From Hylemonella sp. (GTDB lineage: Bacteria; Pseudomonadota; Gammaproteobacteria; Burkholderiales; Burkholderiaceae_C): DNA of 64,000 bases. The DNA is taken from positions 63,867 through 127,866 of the forward strand of contig JAUXVI010000029.1 of NCBI GenBank assembly GCA_030680575.1, read 5' to 3'. Below are positions 29,718 to 38,163 of this stretch, piece by piece. Within the stretch, counting starts at the first letter, position 1; every line of letters starts with the position of its first letter. The notes below the pieces were generated by a model, which was not told the origin of the DNA, searched no databases, and saw nothing but the letters and a program-made list of their open reading frames with translations. A program made the translations under genes and the position numbers.

Positions 29718-29768
29718 AAGTATACATGGGTGACACGTCTGCACGCAAGCCAGGACTAAACTGGCCTC

Positions 29769-30713
29769 ATGCACATCCGGGTGTCCACGGACAAATCACA
29801 ACGTAGCCCGTGGGCGCGTCGCCTGGCGCTGACGCGGCACCGCGCCGGCCGGCTGGATCCGGCCGTCCAGGGCCTGCTCTGGACGCTGGTGGCCGGTATC
29901 TGCTTTGTGCTGCTCAACACCCTGTCGCGCTACCTGACGACGCAGATTGACCCCATGCAGTCGCAGTTCCTGCGTTACTTCTGTGGTCTGCTGGTCATGT
30001 TGCCGCTGGTCTGGCGTTTCGGTCTGGCGGCCTACCGGCCGCGGCACATTGGCGGGCAGTTCGTGCGCGGCCTGGTGCATACCGCCGCGTTGGGCCTGTG
30101 GTTCGTCGCACTGCCGCACATCTCGCTGGCCGACATGACGGCACTCGGTTTCACCACACCAATCTTTATCATGCTCGGCGCTTGGCTGTTCCTGCGCGAG
30201 CCGATGCGCTGGGAGCGCTGGTTGGCAGCGCTGGTGGGCTTCGGTGGCGTGTTGATCGTGGTCGGCCCCCAGCTTTCGGGTAGCGGCGGTTATTACAGCC
30301 TGGTGATGCTGGCTTCCTCGCCGGTGTTCGCAGCCTCCTTCCTCATCACCAAGGCGCTGACGCGCTACGAGAAAGCCGGTGTCATCGTGCTGTGGCAATC
30401 GGTCACCGTCACCTTGCTCAGCCTGCCGCTTGCCTTGCTGCACTGGCAGGCACCGACGCTGGCACAGTGGGTGGGCTACCTGGCGTGCGGACTGCTCGGC
30501 AGCAGCGCGCACTATTGCCTGACACGCTCGTACGGCGTCGCTGATATTTCGGCGACCCAATCGTTGAAGTTTCTCGACCTGGTCTGGGCCACGCTGCTGG
30601 GCTGGCTGGTGTTCAGCGATGTGCCTACTGCGACCTCGCTGATCGGCGGCCTCATCATCTCGGGCGCCACGCTCTGGATCGCACGGCGCGAGTCGCGCCG
30701 GTCATCAGCCTGA
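29769..30713 (+). CDS. DMT superfamily (EamA-like) transporter
   Basis: It has ten predicted TM helices in two EamA-type halves. It is divergent from the TetR-efflux operon. Confidence 0.75.
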   Translation: MHIRVSTDKSQRSPWARRLALTRHRAGRLDPAVQGLLWTLVAGICFVLLNTLSRYLTTQIDPMQSQFLRYFCGLLVMLPLVWRFGLAAYRPRHIGGQFVRGLVHTAALGLWFVALPHISLADMTALGFTTPIFIMLGAWLFLREPMRWERWLAALVGFGGVLIVVGPQLSGSGGYYSLVMLASSPVFAASFLITKALTRYEKAGVIVLWQSVTVTLLSLPLALLHWQAPTLAQWVGYLACGLLGSSAHYCLTRSYGVADISATQSLKFLDLVWATLLGWLVFSDVPTATSLIGGLIISGATLWIARRESRRSSA

Positions 30714-30719
30714 CAGCTC

Positions 30720-31181
30720 TCAGAACAGCCAGGGCACAAAGCGCCGCGTCTGCGCGCTGTAGGCGGCGTAGGCGGCATGCTGCTCGCGCATCCAGCGCTC
30801 CTCCAGCGTGGCCTTGACCACCAGTACCGCCAGCAGCACGCACCAGGCCACCCAGGCCAGCAGCAGGCCGGCGGTCCAGGCCAGAGCGGCCGCGCCGAGA
30901 AGGAAGGCGGTGTACATCGGGTGGCGCATCCAGCGGTAGGGGCCTTGCGTGACGAGCACGCCGCCGGTCTTGGGGATGGGGCGGATGTTGAAGTTGCCCA
31001 GGCGGTTGGTGCGCAGCGCCCAAACCGCCAGTAGCACGGCCCCTGCGGCCAGCACCCAGGCCAGCATCGGGATGGCCAGCACCAGCAGGGCGGGCACTGC
31101 CAGTGCGGCAAGTACAGCCAGCAGGCCGAACTGCAGGGCCACCAGCAGCAGGCTCGGGAGCTGGCGCGGGTCTTTTGTCAT
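30720..31181 (-). CDS. Isoprenylcysteine carboxyl methyltransferase (ICMT)/phospholipid methyltransferase-family membrane protein
   Basis: The sequence LVTQGPYRWMRHPMYTAFLL...EERWMREQHAAYAAY is a typical ICMT/PEMT C-terminal signature. Its ATG overlaps the stop of the upstream aminotransferase (ATGA). Confidence 0.65.
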   Translation of the reverse strand: MTKDPRQLPSLLLVALQFGLLAVLAALAVPALLVLAIPMLAWVLAAGAVLLAVWALRTNRLGNFNIRPIPKTGGVLVTQGPYRWMRHPMYTAFLLGAAALAWTAGLLLAWVAWCVLLAVLVVKATLEERWMREQHAAYAAYSAQTRRFVPWLF

Positions 31182-32335
31182 AGCTTGGCTAGGCGGTCCA
31201 GCGCCGTGTGCAATGTCTCGTCCTTCTTGGCAAAGCAGAAGCGCACCACACGCTGGTCGAAGCTGTTGCCGTAGAAGGCCGAGAGCGGAATGGCAGCGAC
31301 GCCGATCTCGCTGGTGAGCCATTGGCAGAACTCGGCCTCGCCCAGATCACTCACAGCCGAGATGTCGACGCACTGGAAGTAGGTGCCTTCGCCCGGCAGC
31401 ATGCGGAACTTGGTGCGCTTGAGGCCTTCGCGGAACAGGTCGCGTTTGCGCTGGTAAAAGGCCGGCAGCTCCAGATAGGGCCTGGGGTCGGCCATGTAGC
31501 TGGCCAGGCCGTACTGCACCGGCGTGTTGACGGTGAAGACGTTGAACTGGTGCACCTTGCGGAACTCGGCCGTCAGCGAGGCGGGCGCGGCGACAAAGCC
31601 GACCTTCCAGCCCGTCACGTGGTAGGTCTTGCCGAAGCTGGAGACGATGAAGGCGCGCGCCGCCAGACCGGGAAAACGTGCCGCGCTTTCGTGCTGCTGG
31701 CCGTCGAACACCATGTGCTCGTACACCTCGTCGGAGATCAGCAGGATGTCGGTCGGGTCCAGCAGGTCCTGCAGCTTGAGCATTTCCGCGCGCGTCCACA
31801 CCGTGCCGCTGGGGTTGTGCGGCGTGTTGGTGATGATGGCGCGCGTTTTCGGCGTGATGGCGGCCGCTATTCTGTCGAAGTCTGGCCGGAAGGTGCCGGG
31901 TGTCAGCGGCACGCGCACCACCACACCGCCGGCCAGCTCGATGTTGGGCACGTAGCTGTCGTAGCAGGGCTCGAGCACGATCACCTCATCGCCCGGGTGC
32001 ACGATGGCCAGGATGGCGGTGAGGATGGCCTGGGTGGCGCCGGCGGTGATGGTGATCTCGCTGGTGGCGTCGTAATCGTGGCCATAGAGCGCACTGATCT
32101 TGGCCGCCACCGCCTCGCGCAGCACCGGTACGCCGGTCATGGGCGGGTACTGGTTCAGGCCCTTTTTCATGGCATCGGTCACGGCGTCGACCAGGCGCGG
32201 GTCGCAGTCGAAGTCGGGGAAACCCTGGCCGAGGTTGACGGCGCCTTTTTCGGCTGCCAGCGCCGACATGACGGTGAAGATGGTGGTGCCGACGTTGGGC
32301 AGGCGGCTTTTGAGTTCAGGTGTTCTTGTATTCAT
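31178..32335 (-). CDS. PLP-dependent aminotransferase, class I (YbdL/methionine-2-oxoacid aminotransferase-like)
   Basis: It has VNLGQGFPDFDCDP...QYPPMTGVP... and SSFGKTYHVTGWKVG, which contains the PLP-lysine motif. Confidence 0.8.
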   Translation of the reverse strand: MNTRTPELKSRLPNVGTTIFTVMSALAAEKGAVNLGQGFPDFDCDPRLVDAVTDAMKKGLNQYPPMTGVPVLREAVAAKISALYGHDYDATSEITITAGATQAILTAILAIVHPGDEVIVLEPCYDSYVPNIELAGGVVVRVPLTPGTFRPDFDRIAAAITPKTRAIITNTPHNPSGTVWTRAEMLKLQDLLDPTDILLISDEVYEHMVFDGQQHESAARFPGLAARAFIVSSFGKTYHVTGWKVGFVAAPASLTAEFRKVHQFNVFTVNTPVQYGLASYMADPRPYLELPAFYQRKRDLFREGLKRTKFRMLPGEGTYFQCVDISAVSDLGEAEFCQWLTSEIGVAAIPLSAFYGNSFDQRVVRFCFAKKDETLHTALDRLAKL

Positions 32336-32372
32336 GTCGAGAGGATACGCAAAGCTTGCAGGGTCTTCCCAG

Positions 32373-32430
32373 GGCTCCTGTGGAACCGGCTTCGCCGGGC
32401 CACTGGGAGCGTCCCCCCTTTGGGGGGAAG
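32373..32430 (-). repeat. Structured intergenic repeat, copy C (reverse-complement orientation, so sense relative to the minus-strand genes)
   Basis: The reverse complement ccttccccccaaaggggggacgctcccagtggcccggcgaagccggttccacaggagcc aligns with copies A and B. Confidence 0.8.
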
Positions 32431-32459
32431 GCGCCTAGCGCCTCAGGGGGGCTTACGGT

Positions 32460-33413
32460 TCACAGTTCGTAATCATTGACGTGGCCGGTCATGGCGCGTG
32501 CCACCAGATCGCGCTTGAGGCGCTCGCTCAGCAACTCGGCGAACTCGAAGACGAAATTGCGCAGGTAGGCGCCGCGCTTGAAAGCCACTCGCGTCACGTT
32601 CTGGCCGAACAGGTGGCCCAGCGGGCGGATCACCAGCTCACCGTCCGCCGCCTGCGCCGGCATGCCGCGCACCGCCATCTCGGCCACGATGCCGATGCCC
32701 ATGCCGAGCTTGACGTAGGTGGTGATCACGTCCGAATCGATGGCTTCCAGCGCAATGCGCGGCTCCAGCTTGCGTTGGGCGAAGGCATGGTCGATGCGGG
32801 TGCGGCCGGTGAAGGTGGGGTGGTAGGTCACCAGCGGCTCGGCCGCGATGTCTTCCAGCGTCAGGCGCTCCTTGGTGGCCAGCGGGTGGCTGGCGGGCAG
32901 CACCAGCATGTGCTGCCACTCGTAGCAGGGCAGGGTGACGAGCTCGGCGTAGTTGGACAGCGATTCGGTCGCAATGCCGATCTCGGCCACCTCGTCGATC
33001 AGCATGCGCGCCACCTGGTCGGGCGTGCCCTGGTGCAGGCTGAGGTTGACCTTGGGGTAGGCCGCGCGCAGCTTGGCCACTGGCTCGGGCAGCACATAAC
33101 GCGCCTGGGTGTGGGTGGTGGCAATGGAGAGCGTGCCGCTGTCCTGCGCGCTGTACTGCTCGCCGATGCGCTTGAGGTTGCCGATCTCGCGCATGATGAG
33201 CTCGATGCTCTTGAGCACGTGCTGCCCCGGCTCGGTGATGCGCTTGAGGCGCTTGCCGTGGCGGGCAAAGATGTCGATGCCGAGTTCTTCTTCCAGCTCG
33301 ATGATGGCCTTGGACACGCCCGGCTGCGAGGTATGCAGCGCCTTGGCCGCCTCGGTCAGGTTCAGGTTGTGGCGCGCCGCCTCCTGAACAAAGCGGAATT
33401 GGTGCAGGTTCAT
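32460..33413 (-). CDS. cysB: LysR-type regulator of the cysteine regulon (CysB/Cbl family)
   Basis: The N-terminus MNLHQFRFVQEAARHNLNLTEAAKALHTSQPGVSKAIIELEEELG closely resembles the CysB N-terminus. The protein is 317 aa. Confidence 0.85.
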   Translation of the reverse strand: MNLHQFRFVQEAARHNLNLTEAAKALHTSQPGVSKAIIELEEELGIDIFARHGKRLKRITEPGQHVLKSIELIMREIGNLKRIGEQYSAQDSGTLSIATTHTQARYVLPEPVAKLRAAYPKVNLSLHQGTPDQVARMLIDEVAEIGIATESLSNYAELVTLPCYEWQHMLVLPASHPLATKERLTLEDIAAEPLVTYHPTFTGRTRIDHAFAQRKLEPRIALEAIDSDVITTYVKLGMGIGIVAEMAVRGMPAQAADGELVIRPLGHLFGQNVTRVAFKRGAYLRNFVFEFAELLSERLKRDLVARAMTGHVNDYEL

Positions 33414-33751
33414 GGTGAATTCCAGCTAAAACTGGCGTTTATTATGCCTTGGGTGTCTAACAAGAGGCGCAAAATAAGCTGACTCGGGTGCTTGGCAGGA
33501 CGTACCGAAGATGAAGCGGTGAGGTGGCTTTGCCAGTTTTCCGCAGTTTATTAATGGACACCACCTCAGCCGTTTGCCAACTCAATGCAAATATTGAACA
33601 AGCACATAGATGCGGCAAGGATAAACAAACGATGAGCATCCAACCTGTTATTTCGCACTTTGCGATCTATATTGAGTTAGGTCGTTGCGACCATTGGGGC
33701 ATCGCAGCCCAACCGTTTGAACTGCCCCTCTTTGACCAAGGAGACATAAAA

Positions 33752-34201
33752 ATGGCTACTTTAGACGCAAGTAACGACGAAATTGAACTCTATCGAGCAA
33801 TGAGTAAGTTGGCTGGGACTTTGTTTCTTGAGTTCAACAAACAACTCGTTGTGGGTGTCCAAAAACTGACGGATGGAGTTGGTGGAAAAGGAGAGGTGCC
33901 TAGCGGCGTTTTGAGCACATTGCTTGACCGCTCCAACATTACTCAGTCTGAGGAGAAAGCGCTCCAAAAATACAGCAAAGAAGAGGTGTATCAAGTGTGG
34001 AAGAAGCACATTGAGTCCATAGACTACTCGATCTCGTTTCGGCCACGCGTCGAAAAGCCAGTTGAGAGTATCAATGTTTTAGCCCTCCCAGGGGAGAAGG
34101 TGACTGTTAACGAGGTTTCAAGTACTGGAGACATTAACATTCGGGCAAGTTGGGAGGTCGAAATCGACCTCGGAATTATTCGCGGGAAAGTTTCATGGTA
34201 G
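33752..34201 (+). CDS. Orphan hypothetical protein in an AT-richer islet
   Basis: The ATG at 33752 is preceded by AAGGAGA with 7-nt spacing. The open frame extends upstream to 33524, so the start is uncertain. I recognise no family motifs. Composition differs clearly from the flanks. Confidence 0.4.
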   Translation: MATLDASNDEIELYRAMSKLAGTLFLEFNKQLVVGVQKLTDGVGGKGEVPSGVLSTLLDRSNITQSEEKALQKYSKEEVYQVWKKHIESIDYSISFRPRVEKPVESINVLALPGEKVTVNEVSSTGDINIRASWEVEIDLGIIRGKVSW

Positions 34202-34859
34202 TACCGGGCTTCTCGCGATACCAAGCCTGCTGCGCCAGCCGCAACATCGGCCAATCCCCCTTGGTATCGCCATAGGCATGCACCTCCGGCTGGTGGTCCG
34301 GTGCCGCGCCGTAGGCCTGCGTCAGCCAGGCCTTGAGCCGCGCCACCTTCTCTTCCCCATGGCAGTTGGCCGTGGCCAAACGACCGGTGTAGCGGCCATC
34401 CACCACTTCCATCTCGGTGCACAACACCGCATCCACGCCCAGGCTGGCGCCGACCAGATGCATGTAGGGGCTGGTGGAGGCGGTGACGAGCACGCAACGG
34501 TGGCCGGCCTGCTGGTGTTGCACCAGTTGCTGCAGGCCCCAGGGGCGCCATTGTTGCGGCAGATATTCGAGCACAAAGGCCTGGGCACAGCGCTCGACGT
34601 CGGCCACTGAGCGGCCGGCCAGGGCAGCGTGCAGCAGCACGGCCTTGGCGCGGTGGTTGCTGACCAGCCGCAGCACATAGGCCACCAGCCAGGGGCTGCA
34701 GATGAACAGAACCCACAGCAGCGTGGGCAGACCCAGCAGGCGGCGCAGGAAGGGCAGCAGGGTGTCGCTGCGGGTGAGCGTGCCGTCGAAGTCGAAGGCG
34801 GCCATCACCGGTCGGACGGCAGCGCGTTCGTCGGCCATCGGGTTCACGGCCTCGGACAT
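34176..34859 (-). CDS. HAD-IB family hydrolase (phosphatase)
   Basis: It has motif I AAFDFDGTLT and a later VLVTASTSP and GDTKGD (motifs II-IV). An alternative start lies at 34838. Its 3' end runs into the AT-rich islet. Confidence 0.65.
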   Translation of the reverse strand: MSEAVNPMADERAAVRPVMAAFDFDGTLTRSDTLLPFLRRLLGLPTLLWVLFICSPWLVAYVLRLVSNHRAKAVLLHAALAGRSVADVERCAQAFVLEYLPQQWRPWGLQQLVQHQQAGHRCVLVTASTSPYMHLVGASLGVDAVLCTEMEVVDGRYTGRLATANCHGEEKVARLKAWLTQAYGAAPDHQPEVHAYGDTKGDWPMLRLAQQAWYREKPGTTMKLSRE

Positions 34860-36391
34860 TGCACCTGCCCGCAGTAACGCACGCAGAACGGGCAGCCCGT
34901 CATGGGCAGCCACTCGGGAATGGCGTAGTAGCGCTGGAAGATCTCGCCCAGCACGCCCTGGCGGTAGGCCTCGAAGTGGAAGTTGCGGCCCTCCACGGCG
35001 TGGAAGGTGACGCCGTTCTGCACAAAGCTCAGCGGCTGCACGCTGTCGAAATACGGGCGGTAGCCGTCCAGCGGCGGCGGCTCGCCGTCCGAGACGATGA
35101 TGCGGACGGTCTTGCCGTCATAGATGGAATAGTCCACCAGCAGGTCGTCCTGCCGGGCGTGGAACTTGCCCGGGCCGAACACCGGCATGTACTGGCCGAG
35201 GGTGTAGCCGTAGGCGGCGGCGGGAGCATAAGCGTCGGCCATCAACACCGAATCCGGCGTGCGCACCTGGGCCAGCAGTTCGGCCGTCTTGAAGCTGCGC
35301 ACCATGCTGTAGTAGCGCGGCTTGCCCTGCCATTGCTCCACATGGGTGAAGCCGATGGCCACCACCGCCAGCACGTGCAGGGCCGTGAACCAGGCCATGC
35401 CTTTGGCGCAGCTTTTAAGGGCCGGCTGCGGCAGCGCGAAAGCCAGCAGCACGAAGACGAAGGGGTAGAAGGCCAGCACCCAGTGCAGGCCCACGGTTTT
35501 CTTCAGCGACAGCACGGCAAAAAACAGCAGCGGTACCACGATCAGCACGGCCACCAAGCGCTGCTGGCGCACGGTGTTGCCCAGCGCCGTCCGGTGCTTG
35601 AAGCCCAGCCACAGCACGGCCGGCGTGAGCAGGTAGGCGAGCATGCCCAGGTAGCTCAGCGGGTGGCTCCAGGCAAAGGAGGCGTCCTGGTTGCGATTGA
35701 TGGCGTTGAACATGATGTTGGCCCAGCCGTGGCCCATGTTCCACCACAGGTTGATCAGCGGCCCGGGCAGGGCGCACAGCACGACCAGGGCCAACGCCTG
35801 CCAGCGTTCACGCCGGTACAAAGCGAAGTACACCAGATAGGCTAGGCCCAGCACCACCGAAAAGTATTTGGAGAGAAAGGCGCAGCCGATGAAGACGCCG
35901 GCGAGGGCGTACAGGCGCCAGGCGCGGCCGTCCAGCGTCTCGCGCCGTTCGGCACGCAAGAGCGCACCGGCCGACAGCAGCGACCAGAAAATCAGCGGCG
36001 TGTCGGTGGTGATGAGGCTGTTGAGCCAGTTGACCGGTGCCAGCCAGAACAGCAACACCGCCCAGGCGGCGCGCTCGCGGCTCAGCGGCTTGAGCGCCCA
36101 CCAGAGCGTGGCACCCACGGCCAGCGGCAACAGCACCACTGGCAGGCGGATGGCCGAGCTGGCCTCGCCGAACAGCGTGCGCATGAGCCAGATCAGCCAG
36201 CCTACCATGGGCGGGTGGTCGTAATAACCCCAGTCGGGGTAAACGCCCCACCAGTAAAAGAAGGCCTCGTCGCCGGTGATGGGCAAGGCGGCGGCGATCC
36301 AGAAACGCAGGGCCAGCGAGGCGATGGCGGTGAAAAGCAGCCAGCGGGTCAGGCGGCCGGGGGCGGCGTCGGTATCAAAAGCAGGAGGCAT
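34844..36391 (-). CDS. GT-C fold, polyprenyl-phosphate-sugar-dependent glycosyltransferase (ArnT/PMT, GT39/GT83-like)
   Basis: About 11-12 TM helices are predicted. The first-loop acidic motif PITGDEAFFYWWG...YYDHPPMVGW is typical of the PMT_2/ArnT family. It has a soluble C-terminal domain. Confidence 0.75.
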   Translation of the reverse strand: MPPAFDTDAAPGRLTRWLLFTAIASLALRFWIAAALPITGDEAFFYWWGVYPDWGYYDHPPMVGWLIWLMRTLFGEASSAIRLPVVLLPLAVGATLWWALKPLSRERAAWAVLLFWLAPVNWLNSLITTDTPLIFWSLLSAGALLRAERRETLDGRAWRLYALAGVFIGCAFLSKYFSVVLGLAYLVYFALYRRERWQALALVVLCALPGPLINLWWNMGHGWANIMFNAINRNQDASFAWSHPLSYLGMLAYLLTPAVLWLGFKHRTALGNTVRQQRLVAVLIVVPLLFFAVLSLKKTVGLHWVLAFYPFVFVLLAFALPQPALKSCAKGMAWFTALHVLAVVAIGFTHVEQWQGKPRYYSMVRSFKTAELLAQVRTPDSVLMADAYAPAAAYGYTLGQYMPVFGPGKFHARQDDLLVDYSIYDGKTVRIIVSDGEPPPLDGYRPYFDSVQPLSFVQNGVTFHAVEGRNFHFEAYRQGVLGEIFQRYYAIPEWLPMTGCPFCVRYCGQVQCPRP

Positions 36392-36396
36392 GGGGG

Positions 36397-37308
36397 CTAG
36401 CGCAGGCTGATGTCTTGGCGGAACGCCGCACTATAAAGCAGGGCCAGCACGCCGATGGCCACCGCCAGCCAGAGTGTCAGCAGGCGCACCAGCACGGTGA
36501 TGCCCACCGCTGTAGCCAAGGGGGCGCCGTGCAGGGCCAGCAGGCCGGTCAGCAAGGCTTCGGTGCCGCCCAGGCCCGCGGGCAGCATGGACAGGGCGCC
36601 GCCAACCATGGCCAGGGCGTAGAAGCCGGCGGCCAGAAAGGGCTCGATCGGCCAGTCGAACAGTGCCTGGCAGACCAGCCAGGTGGCCAGGCCTTGGGCT
36701 ACCCAGGCCAGCAGCGTCAAGCCCAGCCAGCGCCAGGGGCGCGTGGCCAGGCAGTGCCAGGCGGCGTGCAACCAAGGCATGCGGCTGAACAGCCGTTGCC
36801 TGAAGGTGACCAGCAGGCCCAGCACCAGCAGCGCTGCGGCCGCGGCGGCAGTACCGAGTTGCAGCTGCCAGGCCGCAAGGTCCGGCCACTGCAGCAGCCA
36901 CCACAGCCCCGGCAGCGTGAGCAGCAGCAGGCCCAACAGGTCGGCCAGGCGCTCGGCGCCGAAGATGGCCAAGCTGTCGGCAGCGCCCAGCGGCGGGCGA
37001 AGCATCAGGCCGCGCGCGGCTTCACCCACATTGCCGGGGGTGGGCGTGAAGGTGTAGCCGGCCAGATACAGGCGCAGCCCCTGCAGCGGGCCCAGTGGGC
37101 GGCCGTAGTGCGCCATCCACAGGCGCCAGCGCTGGCCGCGCAGCAGGTAGTTCAGCACGCACAGCGCGGCGGCCAGTGCACCGGCGGGTGACCACAGCGC
37201 GGTGAGCCGGGTTGTCGATGCCGCGTTGCCAGTCAGCAGCAGCACCAGGGCATAGGCGGTGGCAGCAGCGCCGAGGGCCAGCAGCAGTTGTTTGAGCGGC
37301 AGCTTCAA
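36397..37308 (-). CDS. UPF0104 / LPG_synthase_TM (MprF flippase-like domain) membrane protein
   Basis: It is an eight-TM protein with an LNYLLRGQRWRLW motif near TM2, as in UPF0104-family members. It is tightly coupled to both neighbours. Confidence 0.55.
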   Translation of the reverse strand: MKLPLKQLLLALGAAATAYALVLLLTGNAASTTRLTALWSPAGALAAALCVLNYLLRGQRWRLWMAHYGRPLGPLQGLRLYLAGYTFTPTPGNVGEAARGLMLRPPLGAADSLAIFGAERLADLLGLLLLTLPGLWWLLQWPDLAAWQLQLGTAAAAAALLVLGLLVTFRQRLFSRMPWLHAAWHCLATRPWRWLGLTLLAWVAQGLATWLVCQALFDWPIEPFLAAGFYALAMVGGALSMLPAGLGGTEALLTGLLALHGAPLATAVGITVLVRLLTLWLAVAIGVLALLYSAAFRQDISLR

Positions 37309-38159
37309 AGCCGCGAGCCCAGAAACAGCAGCAGCCAGGCGGCGCCGGCCAAAAGGATCCAGGGGTCGCGCAGCAGGTCGCGTGCCACGTCCTCACCGCG
37401 GCCGCGGTGGACCTGGTAGGCGTAGCGCAGCAGGCCGAAGATCACCACCGGCACGGTGTAGACCAGCCGCTCGCCGTGCTGCGCCTGCGCTTCCGCGCTG
37501 GTGGCATACAGGCTGTACATGGTGATGGTGGCGGTCATGGTGACGGCCATCAGGGTGTCGAGCAGGGCGGCCGGGTAGTGTTCCAGCACGGCACGCTGCT
37601 GCTCGGGGTTGTGGAAGGTCTCAGCCTTGCGCTTGGAAAAGCCCAGGAACAGGGCGATGAACAGGCCGGTGAGCAGCAGCCAGCGCGAAGGCGGAATGCC
37701 AACGGCCGAGGTGCCGGCCAGCAGGCGCAGCATGAAACCGGTGGCAATGATGGACACGTCCACCACCGGCACGTGCTTGAGGCGCCAGGAGTAGGCCAGA
37801 TTCAAGGCCACGTAAAGCGCCAGCAACAGCAGCAGCACGCGGTTGTTGGCCGCCAGCGCCAGACCAGCTAGCCCCAGCAGGACGGCCAGGGTGAAGGCCG
37901 CAGGCACAGTGACGGCACCGCTGGCCAGCGGCCGGTGGCACTTGTCCGGGTGTAGCGCATCACTGGCGCGATCACGCCAGTCGTTGAGGATGTAGACCAG
38001 ACTGGACATGCAGCAGAAGGCGGCAAAGGCCAGCGCGGCGCGCAGCACCAACGGGCCCTCGTGCCAGGCGTGAGAAAACAGCAGACCGGCGAAGACAAAG
38101 ACGTTTTTCAGCCACTGGTGGGGCCGCATCAGGACGAGCAGGTGACGCAGTTGTTGCAT
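37305..38159 (-). CDS. UbiA-family prenyl-phosphate phosphoribosyltransferase (decaprenyl-phosphate 5-phosphoribosyltransferase-like)
   Basis: It has RPHQWLKNVFVF and the Asp-rich motif NDWRDRASD (NDxxDxxxD). The overall pattern resembles the Rv3806c-type subfamily rather than quinone prenyltransferases. Confidence 0.7.
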   Translation of the reverse strand: MQQLRHLLVLMRPHQWLKNVFVFAGLLFSHAWHEGPLVLRAALAFAAFCCMSSLVYILNDWRDRASDALHPDKCHRPLASGAVTVPAAFTLAVLLGLAGLALAANNRVLLLLLALYVALNLAYSWRLKHVPVVDVSIIATGFMLRLLAGTSAVGIPPSRWLLLTGLFIALFLGFSKRKAETFHNPEQQRAVLEHYPAALLDTLMAVTMTATITMYSLYATSAEAQAQHGERLVYTVPVVIFGLLRYAYQVHRGRGEDVARDLLRDPWILLAGAAWLLLFLGSRL

Positions 38160-38163
38160 GGGT

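Noticed and set aside
33761-34009. An 82-aa minus-strand ORF and a 60-aa ORF (33457-33639) within the AT-rich islet.
   Set aside because: The 82-aa ORF lies antisense to the longer plus-strand orphan ORF, which has a good ribosome-binding site. Neither has a Shine-Dalgarno sequence or recognisable features. They cannot be excluded without expression data.
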